Assembly (NCBI GenBank): GCA_951406725.2
Contig: OX597822.1
Location: 85,746,001 to 85,810,000 of the forward strand
DNA from: Octopus vulgaris
Taxonomy: Eukaryota
Direction: 5' to 3'
DNA: 64,000 bases
How positions within the stretch are numbered: the stretch's first letter is position 1; the number at the start of each line of letters is the position of its first letter. The notes beneath the pieces are model-generated. The model was not told where the DNA came from. It made no database searches and was given only the letters and a program-made list of their open reading frames with translations. Made by a program: the position numbers and the translations under genes. Positions 51,493 to 64,000 of the stretch are shown here, one piece after another.

Positions 51493-54400
51493 TGGATGGA
51501 GCATGTTTGTAAATCCAGGATGAAAACCAAAGAAGATCCATAATGAAATATTAAAAGCAAATTTTTGTGGCTGTTTTTAGCTAAAAATTCTAAAAGTCAG
51601 GGTTTCCCAAGTTCCACATCAATTTGAAGCTAACCAAAGTTGAATTCCAGTTTCATGGCAGCAAAAGATAACTAAATCATAGACTACAAGTCTGTCTCAG
51701 ATCACATTCCCAGAAGATCTACAGAGGTATGTGGAATTAAATTTGCTGCATAAATACACAAAAGCAATGTTTGAAGTGGAATTGAACCAAAGAACTATGA
51801 ATCAATAACACAAGACCATATTCATTTGGTTATCTTCTTGCTTCTACTTGTTTAAGTCCTCCATTAGGAGGGGGAAGACCATACCCTATTCATGTGGCCA
51901 TTAGTAGATCCCAGAGGATGATGCTACTGCTGCTGTTGCTGATGATGATGATAGAGAAAGAGAGAACAAAGGAGGGAGAGAAAGAGATAAAGACTGTAAC
52001 ATCCCTCTGAGGATATTTCATAGAATCTCCTCTGCTTTCTCTGAAATCAACCAGCAGGAAATTCAATGGTGAAATTAACAGTCCTCACCAGCTAATTTGT
52101 AGAAATTTTCTCCTGAAGGGATTAAAAATTAATTGAACAGTATTGATTTCTTTCTTAGATAAATGTTCCTCCCTCCCTCTTCCACCTCTCTTATTTAAAA
52201 AAAAATTTTTTAAAGTTGTAACTGATACATTCAACTTAGTACATTGCTGTTATTTTATCATCATCATCATCATCCTCTTTTAAAGCCCACTCTTCCATGC
52301 CTGTATGTGTCACACAGGGTTTATTTGAGGCAGTTTTTCTATGGCTGGATGCCCTTCCTGTTGCTAATCCTCACCTGCTTCCAAGTAAGACATTTCCCAC
52401 GGCCAGACATAGTTTTCACAGATGACAAGAAACTAGTAACATTGTTTGTATCAAGATGTTCGTTTACAACTGTCACATTATGTCGAGACATGGGTGGGTA
52501 CACACACACACACATGTAAAAGACTTCTTTCAGCTTTAATTTACTAAATCTACTCACAGATATTTGAGAAACCTAGAGTTATAACAAAAGACACTTGCTC
52601 AAGGTGCCACGCAGTAGGACTGAACCTAGAACCATGTGGGGTTTTTTTTTTACCATTGCTCAAGGTACCACGCAGTGAGACTGAACCAACCCAGAACCAT
52701 GTGGTTTTTCTTACCATTCAGCTACACCTGCACTTAAGACACTGAGACAGTTTTTAAAGTTTATGTAAGAATGGTTAAAGGTAAAGTTGCCCCAGACAGA
52801 ACTTGAACTTTGAATGTCGAAGGAAGAAACTAAAACCCCTTACTTCACTGTAGATTTCATTTCTGAACTTTTGAGAGCAAAATAAGAGAAAAAAAAAAAT
52901 TTTTTTTTTTTTTTTTTTCAAAATGAAAATGAAACCAAGGATGATTCTTCAGATTGGCATAAAACCAGAAATTTATAAGGGTTGAGGTGTTAAAATAATG
53001 ATAGGATGTGAAATGATGAGAACTTGTGTTTTCATCAATGACAGAAGGATGCAAGGTAAAATTGATGCCAGAACAGTTTGAACTCAGAACGCAGTGACAT
53101 GAGACTAAACAACATTAAGTATTTAATCTGGTTTACTACTATTTCTGCCACTTCACTGTCTATAACATAATTAATTTTGATGAGCATAATAATAATAATA
53201 ATAATAATCCTGCTAATTGCAGTGTGTTGTTTGAAGCCATTTTTGCCACCAATCAATGCTTTGTACGTCCTCCAGTGTCGCTAAACAGAATTATTATCAC
53301 AGTCTTTATCAAGCAGACATCATCCAGAACATTGTGTAGTCACACTTGGCTATCAGCTTTGGTTTTGTTGGTGTTGTAATCGACGGATGGTGATGTCGAG
53401 GGCGGTGGTGGTGGTGGTGGCGGATATGCGAGGGGGAGGAAAACAAAAACCGTCAAATGTTTATTGTTTATAAACAACAACAGAGTGGAATAATGAGACT
53501 AAAATGAAACTAAAGAGTTGAGTCAGCAACCGTGGCGGCGGTGAGGAGGGAGTTCGCTTGAAAGAGATGTTCAAAAAGCTATTTAATGCAAAAATGGTAA
53601 TCATAGAATGTCATCAGAAAGTGAATCTGCAGTTGATGCAGTGCAAATGGAAATTGTTTGCATCAGGAAGCTGCTGCTGCTGCTGCTGCATATGCACCTC
53701 ACCCGCTCAGCCTCAGTCTCCGACCACTAATTGTCACAGTGAAACTAATCAGCGAAATTAGTCCTTGTAACGGTTACTAGCAATGACTTGTGAGAAATAG
53801 TGGAGGGTTACTTCAAATTCAATCTATACAAACCACTGCCACGGCTGCTGCCACTACCACCATCAAACCCCTCCACCATTGTCACCATCACCTTTATGAC
53901 CAGCACTGCCACCACCACCACCAGCTGGACGTCTTACTCAATTACAAAAGACAACATGATGTAATGGAGATATTTCATTTTGTGTCAGTGAAACATTTCT
54001 GTGATGTTGTCTTCTCCATAAAGTGACAGAGTGAGTCAAATGGGAACAAAAAGAAAGAAATTATTTAATAGAAAATGGAGAAAAACAAAACTGACAGGAA
54101 AGAAGAGAATAATGGTGACAATGCTCACCTGATTTCTTAATAATAACAACAACAACAGTGTGTAGCAACAGCATAGCAACTGGTCTTGGTGGAGTAATTA
54201 GTGAAACTTAGAGTGGGCAGTGAGGCACAGTGGGAGGAGGAGAAGACACACACACACTAAGAGAGGATGAAAGAGAGGAGATACATGCAAATGTGCAGAG
54301 AGGGAAAGAAGGGAGGTGAAGAGAGAGAGAAGTTTACAGATATACAGACAGGCAGGCAGACAGAAAGATTGAAAAAAGCAAGAATATTCAAAATGGAAAC

Positions 54401-54586
54401 AAGAAAATAAGGAGAAAAATGACATTCAAAGAAGAGGGAGGAGGAGGAGGAAGGATAAGACAGACAGAAGGAGTGAGGAAGGAGAGAAAGGGAGAGGGAG
54501 TGAGAGAAAAAGGAGAGTTATAGAAAAGTAACCTGAAGCCAAAAGTTATTTCCTTTAAAAGACAAAACAAAAAGAGAGGGGGGAAG

Positions 54587-54617
<31 letters not shown>

Positions 54618-55039
54618 CATGATAACATAAATGAGAAGAGATGTGCATTGAATGCAGGCGAGTGATGATGTGTTCAGCACATCAGGAGACATATACTGCC
54701 ATGCCGCAGGACTAAATCTTACATCTCCACAAACACACAAACGCAACAAACAGGACAAATGAACAATAAACTGGTTTCAGAGAAGAGTCACGGGAATTAT
54801 TCATTTATTTACTCTCCACCACCACCACCACCATCATTCCTCTCCACCAATTCTTCAGAGATGCAACAGTAATTCTCATCAGCAAATTCTTCATTTCATG
54901 CTGAGAGATACAAGTGGCCAAACTGAAGAGTTAAAATAGTCGTTAAGAGTTCAATGAATCCAAGTCTTTGGCTAATTCCACACGTCTTTGGCCGCTGGTC
55001 TTTGTCTTAAAACAAACACAAAAACTAAAAAAGCCATAA

Positions 55040-55218
55040 CTGAGTCACTCAACTGGCTAGGAAGAGTAGCTAAATCTCCCTCAAATCATATCTTAAAGGC
55101 TTAAATAAGATGACACATAACAGTCTTACATTCCCTTAAAATGACAGGATGGTCATAGCTGGAATGCTTTTAATCATAAGTTACTGACCACAATTACCAG
55201 GGGTTAAATAACAACAAA
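55040..55218 (+). mobile_element. old SINE/LINE 3'-end family with (CAA) tail
   Basis: tagc(c/t)aaatctccctcaaatca...ggatggtcatagctggaatgctttt. Related copies at 3570-3695, 9430-9680 (-), 28660-28820, 48875-48930, 57480-57560 (-) and 61930-62125. Confidence 0.6.
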
Positions 55219-55695
55219 TCCCTAAAGATAATTTCCTTGCTTCAGTGAATGCTTAAAGGGATCTAGTTTAATTAGGCCATTGTTATTTAATAGAGCTTGA
55301 AAGTGGAAAAAGAGGGGCAGCATTAAAATATGGATCCCATAATGAAAAACTTGTGTATTGCATTCTATTCTTTGAAACAAAGAAATGGAAATGGCTGCAT
55401 CGAGTTTGTCACTATAAACCAAATTCAATTGTCAACATCACTTTGCAATGGCTTCCACGAGGTAAAAGCAGACATGGCCAACCAAAGGAAATGTGGTGGA
55501 GAGGGTTAACAATGGAACAAGCTGTCAAGGACGCCCTCAGTGTTAGAAGGTGGAATGATCTTGCTGTTGCCTCAAGTGCCACAAGGCACAATGAAAACCG
55601 AATGAATAATTGAAATTTGGGATACAGATTTCCATTGCTGATTGAACCCTTTCAGGGTTTTATGGCACTAACTGAATGGAAGACAAAAAATCTTC

Positions 55696-55960
55696 CCTAA
55701 GCTGTGTAGGGAACCAGCATGTCAAAGAAGAGACCCAAAGTTTCCTCTGCATGCTGTAAAGGGGGACTAAAAGTGGTTGAAGTGGTTGCACTCTGAACTC
55801 GTAAAACCCTCACTGCCCAGACAGACCCATGGGCTGGAGGGTTGTCACTCGAGTGGTGCAATGATATCATCCACCAGGGGTAGGGAACCACCAACAAATA
55901 GTGAATGCAGGGTTACACTGTTATAGCACATACCCCAATACTACTACTACTACTACCACC
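55696..55960 (+). mobile_element. unclassified interspersed repeat with (CTA)n tail
   Basis: Second copy of 32480-32770. Confidence 0.7.
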
Positions 55961-56262
55961 TGAGCTAGTCAACTGTTTTTAAAGTAGAAATAACAAGCAA
56001 CTCAGCTGGCACCAACTACTTCTCAATGTCCTTCTTGAAACGTCTCTCACTTCCCCATTCCATACAGGAAATATCTAGAAATAGCAAAGACTTCTAAACC
56101 CACTTCTTGTTTCTTTTGTGTTTCAGTTTTAATCAAAAAGCAGTTTGACAAGCAACAACAACAACAACACAAGAAAACAAAAAGAAAAACTATTGGATTC
56201 ATGAAGTCAGTCAACAGATAATATATACAGGTGTGTGTGTGTGTGTGTGTGTATACATGTGT

Positions 56263-56315
<53 letters not shown>

Positions 56316-58182
56316 AACACACACATTAGTCCAACCCATGCCAGCATGAATAACAGACATTAGATGACGATGATGATGATGATGATGTATGTAAACATTC
56401 CACTGAAGCACATTCAATATTTTGTCAATTGCAAACCAGTGCATTATGGTATTATGGTAACCGAATGTTTTGTTGCTAAGAGATAAGTACATAGATACAG
56501 TGAGACCAGCTACAGACCTATTCAGAACTGGTCTAAGTGGTTTTCAGACATTCTGTTGAAATAGAAGCAGCTCGGAAAGGTGGGAGGGGGGAGAGGTAAA
56601 GAGAAACAGTTCTAAAGCCAGAACACAGATTAGCAAAGAATGGCAGGGGGGAGGGGCATATGTATATAACAAATTAGTTTCCAACATGCTGCTGCTGCTG
56701 CTGCTGGTAGAGGTGATGCAAAGGGTTAATTGTATGTACTTGATCACCTAGCAGAGACATTACAACATATTCATTGTTGCTGCTGTTGTTGTTGGATGCA
56801 GACATAAGAGAGACAGATTAGATCATTCACAGTATTAAAGTCAGTGCCGCTACGCAATTTTAATTACAAAATCAAATCTCATCTTCACCTATCACTCCTA
56901 AGGGAATTATTGATCTAATGAATGTTATTGATTTCCTTCAACTGAACTTTGGGTGAATTACTTATTGCCCTTACAATTTGGGGTCTCATGACTGGGAATC
57001 CTTTTAACCCATGTTCCTCCTCTTTGCTTTTGTGATTATAATCTCACCAGCAGTAACTCAACCATTCATTGATTAAACTAAATACCAGTTATAAACTGGT
57101 GGCAAGCCAATCAGTTGTACCTATTGACCTGTTCAAAGTACTCTTATACTTCAAACAAAATCAAAGCAATAAAACCTGTTACAATATTTAATTAGATCCT
57201 GCTATATTCTGAGTTCAAAACCTGTTATGGTATGATCTGAGGGGGATTTAGCTACTATTCCTAGCAGGTTGAGTGACTCTATTATGGCTTCTTTGGTTTT
57301 AATATTTCATTGGCCTTTCAAGCCTTCCATGATTAATAAAACAACAACCAACAACATATTGGATTCAACTGGCTTTGAATCACTGGAAGAAATGAATATC
57401 AAGAAGAGGTCAGTGGGAGGTGGGGGAAATTCAGATTGGAACTTTAAATGTATCCAGTTAAGAAACACAGGATTTTGTGTGAGAATTCTTGGCTGTTGTT
57501 TAACCCCAGGTCATCCTGAATCAGGAGACTTATTGGAATGCCTTCTTAGCTGGTGGGAGTGGATTCAAATCAAAGAGTAATGACCTGCTAGAGTGTTATC
57601 CAGGTAATATTATTCATTGATGAAAGGGTACCACAATAAACATCATAAATCAATTTCTGGGTTCTGCTGTATCACAGGGAACCTCAAAGCATAGACCTCT
57701 CCTCCCCAAAACATCCCAGGAGACCACCATTTTTATCCTCCCAGTTTCTCATCATGTGTTGCCTGCCAAGGGAGATAGCTCCATATCTATAAAGAAAACC
57801 CATGAAGCATCTCAGAACCACACACTTCTGATGAAAGACCCTTTAGGCATGACCATCCTGACTTTTCAGCAATGCATATGGAACAGTTGATTCTCATTGG
57901 CCCAGCACTTTCAACTGAAAAGTGTTTTAGTGACTTGCAGAGCTGAATTCAAATTCTACCATAAGCCAACTTTACAGAGGCACTCAGCTAAAATTAATAC
58001 AATTAATTCATATATATAGTAAGAAAACAAATTACACAAATCTATTTATTACTAATGAGATACATCAATAGCCACTGGCTAATTAATAAGACTTATTAAA
58101 GAACACTCAATAACATAATCAAGTCTTTACACAGGATAATGTTCCATACTTCACATTGCTTTTTGAAACGTGTACACACTTG

Positions 58183-58557
58183 TTACCTCTGCTTTAGCAA
58201 AGGCAGAGATATTGTTTTCAGTCGTGTTTGTTTGTTAGTTTGTTTGTCCATGGACAAGATATCTCAAGAACCGCTGGATGGATTCAGATGAAACTTTCAG
58301 GGATGTTTGGCCTTGTGACTGGCATGAACTGATTAGATTTTGGGAACAATCCGGTACCAGACAAGGATTCTGGATTATCTTTCTGGGATTTTTTACTTAA
58401 TTTCTGAGAGTGGTCGGGTTCATTTTTAGTATTCTTGTTTGTGAAAGCAGTCAAGTTTATTTCAGATATTCTCATTTTAAAAATTACCTCTGGCTAATCA
58501 TTGAGAGGACATTGGTGTTGCTTTGATGGAGGTTTGCACTCTCTGAGTGCTCTTGTT
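58183..58557 (+). mobile_element. non-autonomous Helentron-type element (HINE/DINE-1-like)
   Basis: 5' ttacctctgc...gcagag hairpin, (GTTT)n tract, subterminal inverted ggaggt, 3' hairpin gcactc-tct-gagtgc, and T-rich ends. Confidence 0.65.
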
Positions 58558-59599
58558 ATTCAATTTATTGCTAAAAAGACTAAAATTATACAGTGATTCC
58601 AATTCAGATTATGATGTGAGAACATGTCCCACGTTATTGGTATTGATTGTTACTAAGGTAGCAGGATGGCAAATTTGCCAGCACACTGGCTAAGGACACT
58701 TAGCAACATTTTGTTCATCTTTACATCCCAAGTTCAAATTCCACCAAGGTCATCTTTGCCTTTCATCGTTTCAGGTTCAATGAAATAAGTACCAGTTATG
58801 CACTGGGGATCAATGTAATTGACTGCATGCCAGGTAAAAAGCAATGGTGCTGATGTCATGTAAAAAGAACCCAGTACACTCAGTAAAGTGGTTGGCATTA
58901 AGAAGAGCATCCAGTTTTAGAAATCATGCCAAAACAATGGTGCTTGGTGCTGTTCCCAGCCTTACCAGTTCCAGTCAATCTGTCTAACCTATGCCAGCAT
59001 GGAAAACAGACATTAAATGATGATGATGATAGTGGTGTTGGTGATGGTGGTGATGATGATGATGGTGATGATGATGATGGTGGTGGTGGTGGTGGTGGTG
59101 GTGATGACTGAGGTAGTAACTTGGGAGAAACATTAAAATGCCAGACTTCAGGTCATATAGGGTTTAGTTTCATTCCTCAACACTTCTACAGGATCAACTT
59201 TATCATTCATCCAACTGGAGTACATAAATTTAGCACCAGTTATGCGCCGTGCTTGGTTCAATTTGCCAAACATCCTTGGCCTTATGCCAGTGTGAGAAAT
59301 CATCATCATCAATATCATCATCATCATTATTATTATTTTTAACTCCACCCAACATTTTATTCCAATTCCTGGTTAAATTTAGAGATGTTTATAAATAACA
59401 TGAAATCCAAAATGTTTCTAATGGAATTTTAAGTTTATTCACAGAATATGACACATTTCTGTGACAAATAATTTCACAATGCCATTCATGGTCACCACTA
59501 CCATCATCATCATCATTATAGTTCTAGTTTCTCTTACTGACACAATGAAGGAGCCACGTGCAGGATTCTTTTGTTTGAGTATTTTGGGGGCAGGTTTTG

Positions 59600-60125
59600 C
59601 AAACATCAAGAGGAAAACTGGGTATAAGAGGCATCAGATGTTGTGTGCAAGAGAGAAGACTGCACTGGTTTGGTCATGTGATGCATATAGAAGGAGACTG
59701 CTGTGTAAAGAAGTGCTGAGCTCTAATTATGGAGGGAACAAGTGGAAGGGGTCAACCAAGAAAGGTGTGGGACAAAGTCCTAAGGGACCTTCAGACACTG
59801 AGCCTCACTGACAGAATGACAAGGGACAGAGAGCTGTGGTGAATTGCTTTACATACAGGCTTGTCCTTTACAGGTGCCAGTGCCACATAAAATAGACTTG
59901 CACCGGTGCTGCGTAAATGCACCCATGCCAGTGGCACATAAAAAGTACCCAGCAAACTCTGTTAAGTGGATGGCATTAGGAAGGGCATCCAGCCATAGAA
60001 ACCATGCCACAACAGACAATTGGAGTCTGGACGTCTTCCTGGCTGGTCAGCTCCATGTCAAACTGTCCAACCCATGCCAGCATGGAAAGCGGACATTAAA
60101 TGAGGATGAGGATGATGATGATGAT
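59600..60125 (+). mobile_element. second RTE-LINE 3' fragment
   Basis: gtgtgcaagagagaagactgcactggtttggtcatgtg is identical to the 35.57-35.6 kb copy (VQERRLHWFGHV). It is followed by the same 3' UTR and (GAT)n tail. Confidence 0.8.
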
Positions 60126-60867
60126 TAAAACAAACAACTCTATTCTGGAAATATATTCTTGGTAAGAAGAACTTGACATAACCAAGTTAACCAAATAAGC
60201 TGGAGACATTCCATTTGTTTTGTTATGCAACAAAACACAACATAAAAGTAAAGCGTTTTGAAAAACCTTTCTATTAAAGACAGAAGGCCTGAAATTTGGG
60301 GCTGAGGCTGCAAGTTCATTGCACTGACCCCAGGCTCTCAACTGGTACTTATTTCAGTGACTCTGAAAGGGTGACAAGCAAAGTCAACCTTGGTGGCATT
60401 TTGAACTCAGAACATAAAGCCAGAAGAAATGCCAGGAAGCATTTTGTCCAGCGACCGATTCTGCTAACTCATTGCAGTGGTTCATTCCATATACTAAAAG
60501 CACAAGTCCAAAAGAAAATTATCTGGTGTTGGCTCTGGATATCGGGCTGAGTTCAGTCCTCTCAAGAGCAATGCAATAGCACATTAAATAAGATACAAAC
60601 CACTGCTCAACAATAAACCAATAATCTTCATACTGAGGAATGTTGGTTTGCATCTCATTTCATTATCTCCAACCAAATCAAATAGAAATAATAACAGATT
60701 AAAATGGACATTTCCAGGAATATCTATTGACTTATCCATGAAATGTAAAGACGAGTAGGTATAAATACTGCAAATGGACACCCTACCAATGAGAGAGAGA
60801 GTTCAAAGACTAATCTTAATAACAACAACAACCCAGACATTTAATTACGGAGCACTTTATGATAACT

Positions 60868-61158
60868 TATTTACCTTATTTACATTTGATGGATATTTGA
60901 CCTCATCTTGTTTGCTGTTAACACGTTTCGGCCAATATACCCTCCAGCCTTCATCTGGTGTCTTGGGGAAATTTCAAACCAGGGTTCTCATTCCTAAGGT
61001 ATTTTTCAATGTTATAAATTTTTATTATTCAGGTCAATTCGTGGAATCGAAGTCGGAATCTCAGGGTTAGTAGCCCATGCTCTTAACCACTACGCCATAT
61101 GCCCGTAAATAATGTAAATAATGTACATAATTCCTCATCTCTTAAATATAGAACTGTA
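60868..61158. mobile_element. Penelope-type insertion: inverted tRNA-head plus hammerhead cassette (60868-61104, minus) joined to the element 3' end (61105-61158, plus)
   Basis: Flanked by the 12-bp direct repeat tttatgataact (60856-60867 and 61159-61170). Ends in cttaaatatagaactgt like the 17.3 kb copy. tRNA-like head at 61032-61104. Confidence 0.8.
60920..60962 (-). ncRNA. degenerate hammerhead motif (core mutated to CAGAUGA)
   Basis: gacac CAGATGA aggctg...tggcc GAAA cgtgtt. It has a core substitution and a 3-nt deletion, so it is probably inactive. Confidence 0.55.
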
Positions 61159-62227
61159 TTTATGATAACTATTTGTAATCACTGGTTTTTGAGGTTTATA
61201 AAAAAGTTTTGGAGTCGATAAATTAAGTACCAGTCGTGTACTGGGGTTGATCTAATCGACTGGCCCTCTCTCCAAAAATTTCGGGCCTTGTGCCTAGAGC
61301 AGAAAAGATTATTATTATTATTATTACTATTATTATTATTATTATTATTATCATCATTACTCCGAGATTAACTTTGCTTTCATCCTTTTGGGGTTGATAA
61401 AATAAGTACCAGCCATGTACTGGGGTTAGTGTAATGAACAAGCCCAACCCACCAAAAACTTAAGGCTTCATGCCTCGAGTGGAAAGGATTGTTATTACCG
61501 TTACTAACAAGATTTTAAAATGTCAAAATTTTGGCAAGAGAGAGAGAGAGAGAGAGATGCATTAGAGTCTGGGAATTGGGGGTTTATTTCTGATGTTTAG
61601 CTCCAGTTTTATGGAGTTAATCAGGCAGGAAATAAATCTTGCTCAGGTGTCAGAACTTGCTAAATGGTCTGGAATGCTTAATATCCTGAAAAGAGAGCTG
61701 TGTAAGACAGGATCTGGTTAACTCCATAAGACTAAGGAAACCTTTCCTAAGCTTTATAGAGTTATTAAGATCCTGTAGAAACATACACACATAAGCACAA
61801 GCATATACACACACTCACTGACACATCTCTATATACCCTGCTCAACTACACAACCAGTTCGTTAAAGTATATACTTACAGCAGCACTATACTCAATAGGT
61901 GAGCAATGAGCCAATGAGTGGCACAACTTCCTAGAAACAGTAACCAACTCTTCCTCAAATCAAACCCTACTGCTTCAAATGTACATATTAGATAATGTAC
62001 ACTTAGATAAACTTTGCTTTGAAAAAAATCCAGTCATATCTGGAATGCGTTTTTCCTTTTTGTTTTTTTAATTATAGATTTGCTCCTCTGGGACAAGTGA
62101 CCTGGAACTAAATAGCAACAACAGGTTGGTAATGTAGGACAAGGTGTAGTCTAGGTAGGGTGGAGGCTGAGAGGTTTCTAGATACTGAAAAAAGACACAG
62201 ACATACACTTACATAAGTAAACTTACA

Positions 62228-62570
62228 TCACATAGCATATACATATACACACACACATTATATACATACACATACATTACATACATATATATACATATAT
62301 GCACATACACACACATTATATACATATATATACACATATACACATACACACACATTATATACATATATATACACATATACACATACACACACATTATATA
62401 CATATATATACACATACACACACATTATATACGTATATATACACACACATTATATACATATATACACATACACACACATTATATACATATATACACATAC
62501 ACACACATATACATATATACACATATATACACATACACACACATTATATATATATATATATATATATATA
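62228..62570. repeat. (CA/TA)-derived minisatellite with ~30-38-bp period
   Basis: Recurrent unit acacacattatatacatatatatacacatatacacat. Confidence 0.9.
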
Positions 62571-63756
62571 TGAACATCAATGGAATTTGTATCTTTGTGG
62601 TACCAGTGCCTGTGGCACACAAGAAATCCATCCGAACGTGGCCGTAGTCAGTACCGCATCGACTGGCCATCGTGCTGTGGGCACATAACAAACACCATCC
62701 GATCGTGGCCGTTCGCCAGCCTCATCTAGCACCTGTGTCGGTGGCACATAAAAACACCATCCGAAGACCCGGCAAGACTAGTCAGGCCATATCCCATGGC
62801 CCCTACCTGGGACGTAGTCAGTCCACCTGTGCATACCTTCCTCCTTGTGATACTTGTGAAGGCCTGTTGAGGCAAGTGAAAATCAAAATGAAATCAAAAC
62901 AAATCAAATCAAATCAAATCAAATCAAAATAGATGAACATTAATGGAATTGTATCTTTGTGGTACCAGTGCCGGTGGCACACAAGAAAACCATCCGAACG
63001 TGGCCGTAGCCAGTACCGCACCGACTGGCCTCCGTGCTGTGGGCACATAACAAACACCATCCGATCGTGGCCGTTCGCCAGCCTCATCTGGCACCTGTGT
63101 CGGTGGCACATAAAAACACCATCCGAAGACCCGGCAAGACTAGTCAGGCCATAACCTGTGGCCCCTACCTGGGACGTAGTCAGTCCACCTGTGCATACCT
63201 TCCTTCTTGTGACACTTGTGAAGACCTGTTAAGGCAAGTGAAAACCAAAACAAATCAACATAGATGAACATCAATGGAATTTGTATCTTTGTGGTACCAG
63301 TGCCGGTGGCACGTGGCACACAAGAAAACCATCCGAACGTGGCCGTAGCCAGTACCGCATCAACTGGCCTCCGTGCTGTGGGCACGTAACAAACACCATC
63401 CGATCGTGGCCGTTTGCCAGCCTCATCTGGCACCTGTGTCGGTGGCACATAAAAACACCATCCGAGCATGGCCGTCTGCCAGCCTCGTCTGGCACCTGTG
63501 TCGGTGGCACATAAAAAACACCATCCGAGTGTGGCCGTTTGCCAGCCTCGTCTGGCACCTGTGTCGGTGGCACATAAAATCACCCACTATACTCTCGGAG
63601 TGGTTGGCGTTAGGAAGGGCATCCAGCTGTAGAAACACTGCCAGATCTGACTGGACTGGTGCAGCTTTCGGGCTCCCCAGACCCCAGTTGAACCGTCCAA
63701 CCCATGCTAGCATGGAAAGCGGACGTTAAATGATGATGATGATGATGATGATGATG

Positions 63757-63757
<1 letters not shown>
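62570..63757 (+). repeat. young RTE-3'UTR-family copy with three higher-order tandem units
   Basis: Units start with atgaacat(c/t)aatggaat at 62570, 62933 and 63264. They contain ~55-60 bp subunits. The last unit runs into the family terminus catggaaagcggacgttaaa(tga)n. Confidence 0.88.
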
Positions 63758-63787
<30 letters not shown>

Positions 63788-64000
63788 TACTCACAAACTT
63801 GTTTACATATACTTATAACACACACTATGCACACATTTAAATGCACTTACAATTCACACACACACACACTCACATGTTAATGATATTTCTGTCTACAAAT
63901 ACTCCAGTGTTCAACAGAAAAAAATATTTAAATATTTAATCTTTGCCCAGGCTTGTATTTATTTTATATTTATTTTTAAACTAGACCTTAAAGACGCAAA

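Noticed and set aside
57828-57870. CTGATGA hammerhead core (also near 44228 and 48937)
   Set aside because: No stem II followed by GAAA and no stem I complement.
63290-63585. CRISPR-like array of palindromic repeats (also 27160-27400, 20240-20420)
   Set aside because: The 'spacers' are homologous to each other, there are no cas genes, the context is eukaryotic, and the array lies within a LINE 3' UTR.

Overview
Eukaryotic, AT-rich, microsatellite-dense DNA. The repeat landscape looks like an octopus (coleoid cephalopod) genome, which is an inference. The only host gene supported is ZMYND11/BS69 on the minus strand, with two coding exons (2025-2294 and 173-328) that splice in frame. The first of these has its own splice acceptor, so the promoter and non-coding exon(s) lie further right. 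The remaining ~61 kb is non-coding and filled with tRNA-derived SINEs (Meta-, V- and CORE-like), RTE-LINE remnants with a minisatellite-bearing 3' UTR, an R4/Dong-like fragment in a (TAA)n tract, a Helentron-type non-autonomous element, MITEs and fold-back elements. The most notable observation is a Penelope-linked cassette found at three loci (17.1, 25.4-25.85 and 60.9-61.2 kb). It carries four minimal type I hammerhead ribozyme motifs, and in two loci a tRNA-like Pol III head lies about 60-70 nt upstream of the ribozyme. Repeat boundaries were read by eye and are approximate.
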